Assembly (NCBI GenBank): GCA_963845085.1
Contig: CAWJQI010000005.1
Coordinates: 256,001 to 320,000 of the forward strand
DNA from: Candidatus Fermentibacterota bacterium
GTDB lineage: Bacteria > Fermentibacterota > Fermentibacteria > Fermentibacterales > JCC-6
Length of the DNA stretch: 64,000 bases
Reading direction: 5' to 3'
Shown in pieces: positions 1-9,770 of this stretch (positions are counted from its first letter, which is position 1; every line of letters starts with the position of its first letter). The translations under genes were made by a program, and so were the position numbers. Below the pieces are notes generated by a model. The model was not told the DNA's origin. It searched no databases and saw only the letters and a program-made list of their open reading frames with translations.

Positions 1-1
1 T

Positions 2-685
2 CGCGGCCCCTCCGTGACTGAATGCCTCTGGCTCATCCACCGGCTGGAGCGTGAAGCCCGAAACGCCGGAGGTGCGGTGCACTTCGTTCTCGGCAACCAT
101 GAGCTGATGGTGCTGCGCGGCGACCTTCGCTACGTAAACCAGCGATACCTTGACGGCATTGCCGGCCCCACAGGAATTGACTACGGCGACCTTTTCGGCC
201 CCGACATGGAACTGGGGCGCTGGCTTAGGACAAGGCCGGTTGCTGTCCGACTCAACGGCATCCTTTTCGTGCATGCGGGCATGGCGCCGGAATCGGTTGC
301 TCCGAACCTCCTCCACATCGATGAAATCAACGAACTGGCCCTGCGGGGGCTTGGGCAGACCACGGTGGGCGTGGCTCTCAACGACGAGCTGGGAATGCTC
401 TTCGGAGCCCTGGGGCCGTTCTGGTACCGGGGTTACCACTACGCCATGGAGGGAGTTTACCCCGAAGCAACCGGTGAAGAGATCGACCGGCTGCTCGAAT
501 TCCACCAGGTTGATCGCATAGTGGTTGGCCACACCGAACATGACAGCCTGTCCGTCCTTCATGATGGCAGGGTGATCGCCATCGATGTTCCTGCCGGGGA
601 GCTTGGCGGCCTGCAGGCTCTCCTGTGGGAGGATGGCAGTTTCTACCGCCTGGATGCCGACGGAGGAACAACGCTCATTCCCTGA
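2..685 (+). CDS. Metallophosphoesterase (calcineurin-like, Shewanella-like phosphatase type), 5'-truncated by window edge
   Basis: Frame open from window start (RGPSVTECL); GNHE, HAG, GPFWYR and VGHT motifs. Confidence 0.85.
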   Translation, partial: RGPSVTECLWLIHRLEREARNAGGAVHFVLGNHELMVLRGDLRYVNQRYLDGIAGPTGIDYGDLFGPDMELGRWLRTRPVAVRLNGILFVHAGMAPESVAPNLLHIDEINELALRGLGQTTVGVALNDELGMLFGALGPFWYRGYHYAMEGVYPEATGEEIDRLLEFHQVDRIVVGHTEHDSLSVLHDGRVIAIDVPAGELGGLQALLWEDGSFYRLDADGGTTLIP

Positions 686-921
686 TCACCCGTTCCGTCC
701 CCGCGGGCTTCCTCCCGTTGTTCTGCTTGAGAAGGGGCTGCCCCGCACATGCGTGGATATGCTGTCGTCAGTGCATGCATGAATTTATTCGCATTATCGC
801 CTTAATCAGCCATACTTGACGTACGGGGTCAACATGCATATGTCAGTTCCGCTGCTCCGCCTGCTTGTCGAGGGGTTGGCAAGCAGAATGACAGCATCAC
901 TTTAGGGGAGGGGGCTGACAC

Positions 922-1920
922 ATGAAGGCAATTCGTGGCACTCCGCTCATCATCTCCGCAGTTCTGTTGCTCTTGTCCGGCTGCCAGGATGGACCCGGCA
1001 TCATGGATCCTGCCGATTTCGAACTGACCACGGGCCCAAAATCCGATCCGATGGAATACCCGATCTGGGCCGGGCAGAACATCCTTGTGGGAAGCCTCGC
1101 CATATCGAACGACGAGGAATACCTGTACGTGACCTACACCCTGTTCGACGGCTGGGAACTAACTGAAACCCACGTTCACGTAGCTGCTGATCTTGCCGGC
1201 GTACCGGTGAACAGGAACGGAATACCCATACCGGGCCAGTTCGACTATGGTGACACCCATGACCCAACGGTGGCGGTCTTCACGCTGCCGATTCCGCTGG
1301 CATCGTATGCTTTCGTGCCCGGGGACGAAATCGTCGTGGCTGCGCACGCCGAGGTAACGAAATACGATGAGCAGTCACAGCAGTACATCACCGAAACGGC
1401 GTGGGGCGGCGACCAGCCCGGCCCGGGGAACCGCTGGTGGTTCTATGCGTTGTACACGCTTCAGACCTCCGGGGAGGAGGAAGAGTCCGGCAACGAGACT
1501 GCCTGGGCCAGGATGTACGATGACCCGTACGACTTCACTTACGACAACCCAAACACCACCAGCTGGGCCACGTATGTAAGGGTGGTGCCTTCAGAAGGCG
1601 GAAGCGGCGAGACCAAGGACTACAGTACATTCTACTTTTACGCCGGTCAGCACTACAGGGTCGGGGAGGTTTACATCTCGAGGGATGCCGGTTACCTCTA
1701 TGTGCAGGTTGTCCTCGACAACACGTACCTTCTCGCGGAAAGCCACCTGAACGTGCAGCTCGACGAGTACCTTCTAGGCAGCGCACCCGGTCAGTTCCCG
1801 TACATTGTTGAGCATGATCCCTATGCAAGCGGCTACATCTTCTCCATCCCATGGGATCCCGCCTGGACAGACCAGGAACTTTGTGTAGCGCTCCATGGAA
1901 CGGTCTACGGAGAATACTGA
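922..1920 (+). CDS. Lipoprotein with two tandem copies of an uncharacterised beta-rich domain
   Basis: Lipobox LSGC; repeat [WY]AGQ...VG...YLYV...L.E[TS]H...PGQF seen twice; GGAGG RBS. Confidence 0.8.
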   Translation: MKAIRGTPLIISAVLLLLSGCQDGPGIMDPADFELTTGPKSDPMEYPIWAGQNILVGSLAISNDEEYLYVTYTLFDGWELTETHVHVAADLAGVPVNRNGIPIPGQFDYGDTHDPTVAVFTLPIPLASYAFVPGDEIVVAAHAEVTKYDEQSQQYITETAWGGDQPGPGNRWWFYALYTLQTSGEEEESGNETAWARMYDDPYDFTYDNPNTTSWATYVRVVPSEGGSGETKDYSTFYFYAGQHYRVGEVYISRDAGYLYVQVVLDNTYLLAESHLNVQLDEYLLGSAPGQFPYIVEHDPYASGYIFSIPWDPAWTDQELCVALHGTVYGEY

Positions 1921-1937
1921 CCCGCCGGCAACCCATA

Positions 1938-1969
1938 AAAAGCCGCCATGCACGTGCATGGCGGCTTTT
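1938..1969. terminator. Bidirectional intrinsic terminator (perfect 32-bp palindrome)
   Basis: AAAAGCCGCCATGCACGTGCATGGCGGCTTTT between convergent genes; T-tract on both strands. Confidence 0.8.
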
Positions 1970-1988
1970 CTTCGTGCGTCAGGGTGTG

Positions 1989-3683
1989 CTACAGCAGGAT
2001 CATCCTTGTCGTGGCCGTTCCGAGTACGGTTTCGATCCGAACCAGGTAAACGCCTGCGGGAACGGAAGCCCCGCTGTTGCCGGTTCTGTTCCAGCTGACC
2101 GCAGGATTGTTCACGGTGACGGAGTGGCTGAGTTCACCGACAAGCCTTCCCGACAGGTCGAAAATGCTTATTGATGCGGTCTCCCCTGCCAGCCCCCCGA
2201 AGGTGAAGCATACCGCACCCGCCGAAGGGTTTGGTGATATCCGCAGGTACGCCTGCCCGCCCTCCTGGCCGGCTATCCCCAGGTACTCGCCCATGGTTCC
2301 GTCGGACTGGATGTTCTGGGCATAGATGCCCGTGCCAGTTCTTGCGTCCGTCCAGGCATAGTAGGCTCCATCGGCGTATCCGGGGCAGACCACGGGGTCA
2401 TCCTTCGCACCAAGGCTTCCCGCGGAGATGGTGACGGGACCCCACATCACCGCACCCGAGAAATCGAGCTTCATCACCCGGAGGGCCGTGTTCACGGGGT
2501 CGATCAGGTACGAGACGAGTATCCCGTCGGAAGAGACGACTGCGTCGACGAAGGATATCTGGGCCGATCCAAGCGGAACGAGTTCGAGCCCGCTGTCGGT
2601 CCACATCCTGTCACCAGTGCCGGAGAACTTCTGGCCGTAGACCCCGTAATTGTTCTGGTTGCCGTCGCTTTCAACCCAGAACGCGAAGCATTCACCGGCT
2701 GAATTCATGAGGGCGGAAGGGTTCATATGCAGCCTGTCCGAGGAGTTGGTCGAAGCCTGGGCGCCGTTGAACGGGAAGAGGTTGATGCCTTCGCTGTCGA
2801 GATGCTGCACCCAGACGTCGAAGGAGTTCACCGAAGGTGAATCGTACCAGTAACAGAGCGCGCCGCCTGCGCCATCCTCCCTCATGCCGGGGAAGGTCCA
2901 GGGAGTGATCGCTCCGGTATTGTAGACGAGCACAGGGCTGTCTCCCCACGTACCCACGCCGTCAACGTCGAGCATGTCGGCGTAGAGGTGAGTAACGGTC
3001 ATGGGGTACGAGCCCGTCGAGTTCTTCCACAGGACTATGACGCTGTCCTGACCGGCGGGGATGATCTCCGGAGAGGACAGATCGGATGACGCACTCGTCA
3101 TGACGATCCCGTAGTCGCCCCAGAGCTTCTCACCGGTTGGGGACAGTTTCTGGAACACCAGGCAGGCCGTGTCGTCGGACCTGCCCCAGGCAAAGACGCA
3201 GTTCCCCTCCCCTGTCACCGCAACAACAGGGTTGGGTTCAAAACCCGGGACCGATGGATCGGAGAGACAAATTCCATCCACACCCCACAGGAAATCGCCG
3301 GAACTGCTAATCATGTATGCGGAAACATCCAGTTCGCCCGAGGCGTTCCGTTCGTCGGAGAATGTGAGGATGGCGTTGTCCGACCCGTCCACAGCCATGG
3401 AGTAGTCGACGAGCCAGCTCATCTGGGGCTGGCTGCTCACAAGGATGCCGTCATCTTCGAATTGAGGCACTCCCTGGTAATCCAGCCGCTGCAGATACAT
3501 GGAGTACCCGCCCGACCTCTGGTCGAACCACGAGATGAAGCACCCTCCATCCGAGGTCGGCACGATCTTGGAAAGCACCTGCTCGCCCGTGAGGTTGCAG
3601 ATCTCAAGGTTCATCGTTGAGTCGGCGCTCCATTGTCCAAACAGAAGGAATGGAAGAAAAACCACCCATAAAACGGATTTCAT
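1989..3683 (-). CDS. Secreted beta-propeller-like protein with T9SS/FlgD-like C-terminal domain
   Basis: Start reset to MKSVLWVV after G-rich RBS; repeated W.D.R / Y.Q.[LF]..G..W units; C-terminal SPNPS...IFDLSGRLV...AGVYLVR. Confidence 0.75.
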   Translation of the reverse strand: MKSVLWVVFLPFLLFGQWSADSTMNLEICNLTGEQVLSKIVPTSDGGCFISWFDQRSGGYSMYLQRLDYQGVPQFEDDGILVSSQPQMSWLVDYSMAVDGSDNAILTFSDERNASGELDVSAYMISSSGDFLWGVDGICLSDPSVPGFEPNPVVAVTGEGNCVFAWGRSDDTACLVFQKLSPTGEKLWGDYGIVMTSASSDLSSPEIIPAGQDSVIVLWKNSTGSYPMTVTHLYADMLDVDGVGTWGDSPVLVYNTGAITPWTFPGMREDGAGGALCYWYDSPSVNSFDVWVQHLDSEGINLFPFNGAQASTNSSDRLHMNPSALMNSAGECFAFWVESDGNQNNYGVYGQKFSGTGDRMWTDSGLELVPLGSAQISFVDAVVSSDGILVSYLIDPVNTALRVMKLDFSGAVMWGPVTISAGSLGAKDDPVVCPGYADGAYYAWTDARTGTGIYAQNIQSDGTMGEYLGIAGQEGGQAYLRISPNPSAGAVCFTFGGLAGETASISIFDLSGRLVGELSHSVTVNNPAVSWNRTGNSGASVPAGVYLVRIETVLGTATTRMILL

Positions 3684-3835
3684 TTCGTCCCCCCCCAATC
3701 TGTGTTGCCTCAGCTGTGCACGGAGCCTAAAGTTGAACTGGTCATGAGATACAACATGCACGGGAATATGACAATGGAGCCGGAATGACCATGCATGGCA
3801 CAAGGCTCACCACGATTAGTAAAGGCGGTCACCAA

Positions 3836-4639
3836 TCACTGATGATGTTGTCCCGGCTCGCTGGCATCGTCGGGCTCCGCTCCAAGTGCACCGAGTTCCC
3901 GGACCAGCTCACCGTATCGGTTCCAGGCCTTTTCGAATTTGAGTTCGAGTTCGGAAATCGACCCGACCTTGAGAAGATCCTCCACCAGCGCCGCATCCTC
4001 GGGCGGATAATCCCTGTATCCGTACCGAAGCCCGAAATCAGCCCTGCATGGGCGATGGCTCAGGTTCAGCATGATCGCAAGGTTCCGCGCAACGAACTGG
4101 AAGTAGAATGGAAACGCTTCGGAGAACCTTCCCCTTGCCAGGGCCTTGCGGATCTCGAGAACCATCAGGAATTCCTGAGCCACAGCCATCCTGTAAAGCT
4201 TCCGTGACCTTTCGAGCACCTGGCCGGAAGGGGTCGGCGTCGTGTCGACAACCGGTTCCTTCTCGAACCACACCACGGCGTTCCCGTGACGATCGGAAGC
4301 CGTGAACTTGTCGGGCAGCGATTTTCTGATGAAGGCCGCATCGAGGTAGTAGAGCTCGGGTGTGTCCCTCAGCCGATAGAAACACTGGGAGAAGCCGTGC
4401 CACGCAGGCTCAGGTACCCGGAACCTGCGTTCTATGCCGTACCGTCCCTCCAGGAACTCATCCAGCAGGGATATGACGACCTCAACCGAATCATCCCCGC
4501 AGACCACGGCCAGATCAAGGTCGGAGTACTCGTCATGCCAGCCCGTTGCGGCGGAACCGCCCTCCCACGCTGCGACGACTTCGTCCCGGCCGAACAGGAA
4601 TCCGCTCAATTCTTTCGATATCTGTTCCGGAGTGTGCAT
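3836..4639 (-). CDS. Nucleotidyltransferase-domain protein (Pol-beta superfamily)
   Basis: GGS..G..DEYSDLDL motif near N-terminus; start approximate. Confidence 0.7.
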   Translation of the reverse strand: MHTPEQISKELSGFLFGRDEVVAAWEGGSAATGWHDEYSDLDLAVVCGDDSVEVVISLLDEFLEGRYGIERRFRVPEPAWHGFSQCFYRLRDTPELYYLDAAFIRKSLPDKFTASDRHGNAVVWFEKEPVVDTTPTPSGQVLERSRKLYRMAVAQEFLMVLEIRKALARGRFSEAFPFYFQFVARNLAIMLNLSHRPCRADFGLRYGYRDYPPEDAALVEDLLKVGSISELELKFEKAWNRYGELVRELGALGAEPDDASEPGQHHQ

Positions 4640-4794
4640 TCCGTTTCCCCCCACCGTTAAGGGCATGCCTGATCCGCTATTCAGAGGCAAATATAAAAAC
4701 CATTCGATAGTCACAGCCCGGTGACAGACTGCCCTCCCACTACCTTGTCCTCAAGTGGTAGATTTAGGATGTTGATAATTCTTTCCTTTTCTTC

Positions 4795-6165
4795 ATGGAG
4801 GCAGTGATGATTCAGCGCACCGGTATAGGCGGAATACTCGCCGGTGGGTTCACCGGGAGCAGTGTTACGGTTTACGGATGGGTGAGGACTTCCCGTTCGG
4901 GGAAGAATGTTGCCTTTGCTGCGCTGAACGACGGTTCCTCAGTGATGAACCTGCAGGTCGTGTTCGACCGCCAGGTATTCTCCGACGAGCTTCTTTCGGG
5001 GCTCCAGGTGGGTGCATGCGTCAGGGTGACCGGGTTTGTCGCCGAAAGCCAGGGCAGCGAGCAGCCCTTCGAGCTTCAGGCCTCCTCGCTCGAGATAGTG
5101 GGTCCCGTCGACGAGGAGTTTCCACTTCAGAAGAAGAGGCACGGTCTCGAGTTCCTTCGTACCATGCCGCACATACGGCCCCGTACGAACACATTCGGAA
5201 GCGTCTTCCGTTCAAGCCATCACCTGTCGCAGGCGATACACCGTTTCTTCGACTCCGAGGGCTTCTTCCACGTGCACACCCCCATCATCACCGAGAGCGA
5301 CTGCGAGGGCGCCGGTGAGACTTTCCGGGTGACAACGCTCCCCGCAGGGTCGTGCGATTGCGAATCCGACTACTTCAAGCGCAGGGCTTACCTCTCCGTC
5401 AGCGGGCAGCTCGAGGCTGAACCGCTCGCGCTCGCACTGGGGAAGGTCTACACCTTCGGTCCCACGTTCAGGGCCGACCCGTCCGACACCCGCACCCATG
5501 CTGCCGAGTTCTGGATGATCGAACCGGAGATGTCGTTCTTCGACCTCGAGGATGACATGGACCTCATCGAGCGCTTCGTGAAGTCATGCGCGCTGTACAT
5601 GGCGGACAAGTGCGCCTCCGATATCGCATTCTTCTCCGAGCACTACGAGAAGGGGCTTAACGAAAGGTACCGACTCATCGAGAAGGAGTTCGCAAGGGTG
5701 AGTTACACCGAGGCCGTATCCATCCTCGGCTCCGCATCATCCTCCCTCTCCTCGGTGCCTTCATGGGGTGACGATCTTGCCACCGAGCATGAGCGGTACC
5801 TCTCGGAGAAGCACTTCTGCAGGCCTGTCTTCGTAACTGACTACCCCGCATCCATGAAGCCGTTCTACATGTACCTGAATCCCGACGAGCGAACTGTCGC
5901 TGCGTGCGATCTTCTCGTTCCCGGCGTGGGCGAGATCGTCGGAGGCAGCCAGCGCGAGCACAGGCTTGAGGTGCTCAGGAAGAGGGCTGTGAACCAGGGG
6001 CTGGATCTCTCCGTCTATGCCTGGTACCTCGAACTCAGGCGGTGGGGTTCAGCGCCTCATGCAGGCTTCGGGCTTGGTTTTGAAAGGCTGTTGATGTACC
6101 TCACGGGGATGGACAACATCAGGGATGTTATCCCGTTCCCGCGCACTTTTGGAAAAATGTACTGA
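4795..6165 (+). CDS. asnS: Asparagine--tRNA ligase
   Basis: OB-fold anticodon domain (GWVRT...LNDGS), GPTFRA, AEFWMIEPE, GEIVGGSQRE, PHAGFGLGFERL. Confidence 0.95.
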   Translation: MEAVMIQRTGIGGILAGGFTGSSVTVYGWVRTSRSGKNVAFAALNDGSSVMNLQVVFDRQVFSDELLSGLQVGACVRVTGFVAESQGSEQPFELQASSLEIVGPVDEEFPLQKKRHGLEFLRTMPHIRPRTNTFGSVFRSSHHLSQAIHRFFDSEGFFHVHTPIITESDCEGAGETFRVTTLPAGSCDCESDYFKRRAYLSVSGQLEAEPLALALGKVYTFGPTFRADPSDTRTHAAEFWMIEPEMSFFDLEDDMDLIERFVKSCALYMADKCASDIAFFSEHYEKGLNERYRLIEKEFARVSYTEAVSILGSASSSLSSVPSWGDDLATEHERYLSEKHFCRPVFVTDYPASMKPFYMYLNPDERTVAACDLLVPGVGEIVGGSQREHRLEVLRKRAVNQGLDLSVYAWYLELRRWGSAPHAGFGLGFERLLMYLTGMDNIRDVIPFPRTFGKMY

Positions 6166-6180
6166 AAAGGCTGGTGTTTC

Positions 6181-9100
6181 ATGAGTGATACCATCATGAC
6201 CATCGACGGGAATGAAGCCGCGGCCAGAGTGGCCCACAAACTCAGCGAGGTCATCGCCATCTACCCTATCACCCCCTCGAGCAACATGGGGGAGCATGCC
6301 GATGAATGGTCGGCCGCAGGCAAAACAAACATCTGGAACACCGTCCCGCTGGTGCAGGAGATGCAGAGCGAGGGCGGAGCAGCGGCATCGGTTCACGGAG
6401 CCCTTCAGACCGGCGCCCTCACTACAACCTTCACCGCAAGCCAGGGGCTTCTTCTCATGATCCCCACGATGCACAAGCTCGCAGGGGAACTCACCTCCAC
6501 AGTGTTCCACGTTTCCGCCCGCAGCCTTGCCTGTCAGGCTCTCTCGATCTTCGGTGACCACAGCGACGTCATGTCCGTGCGCAATACCGGCTTCGCGCTG
6601 CTTTCCAGCGCGAGCGTGCAGGAAGTGCCCGACATGGCAGTCATCTCTCACGCGGCCACTCTCAGCAGCCGCATCCCCTTCCTGCACTTCTTCGACGGGT
6701 TCCGCACGAGCCACGAGGTCCAGAAGATCTCCGTGCCTGGCGATGACGTGCTCCGTGCGATGATCGACGACGAACTGGTCCTTGCCCACAGACACAGGGG
6801 AATGAACCCGAACCGACCCGTTCTCAGGGGAACCAGCCAGAACCCCGACGTTTACTTCCAGGGCCGCGAGACCGTCAACACCTATCACCTCGCAACCCCG
6901 GGCATCGTTCAGGAATACATGGACATTTACGCCGGCCTCACCGGCAGGCAGTACCACCTGTTCGACTACGTGGGCGCCCCTGATGCGGAAAGCGTTGTCG
7001 TGCTGATGGGTTCGGGCTGCGAAACTGCACATGAGACGGTCGAGTGCATGCTTGCCGACGGTGCAAAGGTGGGCGTTCTGAAGGTAAGGCTTTACCGTCC
7101 CTTCGACCCGCGCGCCATGCTTGCCGCCATCCCTTCCACCGTGAAGGTTCTCAGCGTTCTCGACCGCACCAAGGAACCCGGAAGCGAGGGTGAGCCCCTC
7201 TACAAAGACGTGGCAACCGCCCTCAAGGAATCCGGCCGCTGCGGCGTGAAGGTGCTCGGCGGCAGGTACGGCCTGTCCAGCAAGGAATTCACGCCCGCGA
7301 TGGTGAAGGCTGTGTTCGACAATGCCGCCGGTGAGAAGAAGCACGGCTTCACCGTCGGGATCAATGACGACCTCACGGGCACGAGCATCACTGTTCCCGA
7401 GTTCTGCATACCCTCCCAGGGCATGCACCAGGCCGTTTTCTTCGGCCTTGGCTCGGACGGAACCGTGGGCGCCAACAAGAACAGCATCAAGATCATCGGT
7501 GAAACCACCGACTTCTACGCCCAGGGGTATTTCGTCTACGACTCCAAGAAGGCCGGCGCCATCACAGTGAGCCATCTCCGCTTCGGTCCCCGCCCGATCC
7601 GCCAGACCTGCCTCATCGGGCGTGCCGACTTCGTGGCATGCCACCAGACCGTGTTCATGGAGAAGTACGACATACTCCGCTACGCTGCCAAGGGGGCAAC
7701 CTTCCTTCTGAACACCCCCTACAGCAGGGATGAGGTCTGGAACAGCCTGCCCCGCGAGGCCCAGAAAGACATCATCGAGAAGAACATCAGGTTCTATGTG
7801 ATCGACGCCTACAAGGTGGCCCGGGAGACAGACATGGGCGTGATGATCAACACCATCATGCAGACCTGCTTCTTTGCGATCAGCGGTGTCATCCCGAGGG
7901 AAGAGGCGATTGCGAAGATCAAGGGCGCCATCAAGAAAACCTACGGCCGCAAGGGCGAGAAGATCGTTGCCAAGAACTACGCTGCGGTGGACCACAGTCT
8001 GGCCAACCTCTTCGAGGTGCAGCACCCCGCAGAGGTCACAAGCTCATTCAACAGACCCCCTTCCGTTCCTGCCGATGCACCTGATTTCGTGCAGAACGTA
8101 ACCGCAGAGATCATCGCCCAGCGGGGCGACAGCCTTCCCGTGAGCGCGATGCCTCCCGACGGCACCTGGCCAACCGGAACGACCCAGTACGAGAAGAGGA
8201 ACATCGCCCTCTCGATACCGGTCTGGGATCCCGCCGTCTGTCTGCAGTGCGGGGTGTGCAGCCTTGTCTGTCCCCACGCCGCCATCCGCATAAAGCACTA
8301 CGACGCGGGCTGCCTGAAGGGTGCCCCCGCCACGTTCAAGAGCATCGATGGCAAGGCCAGGTTCCAGGGCACTTCCTACACGGTCCAGGTTGCCCCCGAG
8401 GACTGCACCGGCTGCGGTGCCTGCGTCGAGGCATGCCCGGGCAGGAACAAGGCCGTCGAGGGCCGGAAGGCCATCAACATGGAGCCCCAGATCCCTCTCA
8501 GGGCTCCCGAGGCTGAGAACTACTCATTCTTCCTTGCCATACCCGACTACGACCGTTCCAAGGTTGACGTCTCCTCCGTGAAGGGCAGCCAGCTTCTCCG
8601 CCCGCTGTTCGAGTACTCCGGAGCATGCGCCGGCTGCGGCGAGACCCCCTATGTGAAGCTCCTCACGCAGCTCTATGGCGACAGGGCCGTGATCGCCAAC
8701 GCCACGGGCTGCAGCAGCATCTACGGCGGGAACCTTCCCACGACCCCCTACTGCAGTAACGCCGACGGGCGAGGCCCCGCCTGGAACAACAGCCTCTTCG
8801 AGGACGCCGCAGAGTTCGGCTTCGGCTTCAGGCTCACCGCCGACAAGCACACCGGATTCGCTGTCGAACTGCTGCAGGCCATGGGTGACAAGCTCGACGC
8901 ATCACTGGTCGCCGGGCTTCTCGACTGTGCCCAGGTCTCCGAGGAGGAGATCGAGGCCCAGAGGAAAAGGGTGGATGCGCTCCGCAAGGCGCTGGGACGA
9001 ATCGACACCCCCGAAGCCCGCCAGCTTGAAAGCCTCGCCGACTACTTCGTGAAACGAAGCGTCTGGATCATTGGCGGGGACGGCTGGGCGTACGACATCG

Positions 9101-9714
9101 GTTACGGCGGTCTCGACCATGTCCTTGCCCAGGGCAAGAACGTCAACGCTCTTGTGCTCGACACCGGCGTTTACTCAAACACCGGCGGGCAGTGCTCGAA
9201 GGCAACCCCGATGGGCGCTGTCGCCAAGTTCGCAGCGAGCGGCAAACCCATGCCCAGGAAAGACCTGGCCATGATAAGCATGACCTACGGCAACATCTAC
9301 GTGGCACAGATCGCCATGGGCGCCAACTACGGCCAGGCAGTGAAGGCGTTCGTCGAGGCCGAAAGTTACGACGGCCCATCGATCATCATCGCCTACAGCC
9401 ACTGCATCGCCCACGGAATCAACATGACCAAGGGCATGGATGAACAGAAGCTTGCCGTGAAAACCGGCCTCTGGCCGCTGTTCCGCTTCGATCCGAGGCT
9501 GATCGGCAAGGGCCAGTCACCACTCCAGCTCGATTCCAAGAAGCCCGACACACCCTTCAGCGAACTCGCCCGCAGCGAGGTGCGCTGGAAGGTTCTTCTC
9601 GACAAGGACCCTGAGCGCGGAGAGATGCTCGTAAAGCAGGCCCAGGTTGAGATCAACAGAAGGTTCCACCTCTACGAGCAGATGGCTGCCATGAATTGGA
9701 ACGCCGGCGAGTAG
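6181..9714 (+). CDS. nifJ: Pyruvate:ferredoxin (flavodoxin) oxidoreductase, single-chain
   Basis: YPITPSS, EMQSEGGA, two CxxCxxCxxxCP ferredoxin motifs, ACAGCGE, GGDGWAYDIG TPP motif. Confidence 0.97.
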   Translation: MSDTIMTIDGNEAAARVAHKLSEVIAIYPITPSSNMGEHADEWSAAGKTNIWNTVPLVQEMQSEGGAAASVHGALQTGALTTTFTASQGLLLMIPTMHKLAGELTSTVFHVSARSLACQALSIFGDHSDVMSVRNTGFALLSSASVQEVPDMAVISHAATLSSRIPFLHFFDGFRTSHEVQKISVPGDDVLRAMIDDELVLAHRHRGMNPNRPVLRGTSQNPDVYFQGRETVNTYHLATPGIVQEYMDIYAGLTGRQYHLFDYVGAPDAESVVVLMGSGCETAHETVECMLADGAKVGVLKVRLYRPFDPRAMLAAIPSTVKVLSVLDRTKEPGSEGEPLYKDVATALKESGRCGVKVLGGRYGLSSKEFTPAMVKAVFDNAAGEKKHGFTVGINDDLTGTSITVPEFCIPSQGMHQAVFFGLGSDGTVGANKNSIKIIGETTDFYAQGYFVYDSKKAGAITVSHLRFGPRPIRQTCLIGRADFVACHQTVFMEKYDILRYAAKGATFLLNTPYSRDEVWNSLPREAQKDIIEKNIRFYVIDAYKVARETDMGVMINTIMQTCFFAISGVIPREEAIAKIKGAIKKTYGRKGEKIVAKNYAAVDHSLANLFEVQHPAEVTSSFNRPPSVPADAPDFVQNVTAEIIAQRGDSLPVSAMPPDGTWPTGTTQYEKRNIALSIPVWDPAVCLQCGVCSLVCPHAAIRIKHYDAGCLKGAPATFKSIDGKARFQGTSYTVQVAPEDCTGCGACVEACPGRNKAVEGRKAINMEPQIPLRAPEAENYSFFLAIPDYDRSKVDVSSVKGSQLLRPLFEYSGACAGCGETPYVKLLTQLYGDRAVIANATGCSSIYGGNLPTTPYCSNADGRGPAWNNSLFEDAAEFGFGFRLTADKHTGFAVELLQAMGDKLDASLVAGLLDCAQVSEEEIEAQRKRVDALRKALGRIDTPEARQLESLADYFVKRSVWIIGGDGWAYDIGYGGLDHVLAQGKNVNALVLDTGVYSNTGGQCSKATPMGAVAKFAASGKPMPRKDLAMISMTYGNIYVAQIAMGANYGQAVKAFVEAESYDGPSIIIAYSHCIAHGINMTKGMDEQKLAVKTGLWPLFRFDPRLIGKGQSPLQLDSKKPDTPFSELARSEVRWKVLLDKDPERGEMLVKQAQVEINRRFHLYEQMAAMNWNAGE

Positions 9715-9734
9715 GGGCTTCATGTTTTTGAAGC

Positions 9735-9756
9735 GGGGGGGGCATCCGCCCCCCCC
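9735..9756. terminator. GC hairpin between convergent genes (possible terminator)
   Basis: GGGGGGGGC-ATCC-GCCCCCCCC; weak U-tract. Confidence 0.45.
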
Positions 9757-9770
9757 TGTAGTTTCCCGGC

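Noticed and set aside
6049..8025. 658-aa minus-strand ORF
   Set aside because: Antisense shadow of pyruvate:ferredoxin oxidoreductase in GC-rich DNA; no motifs
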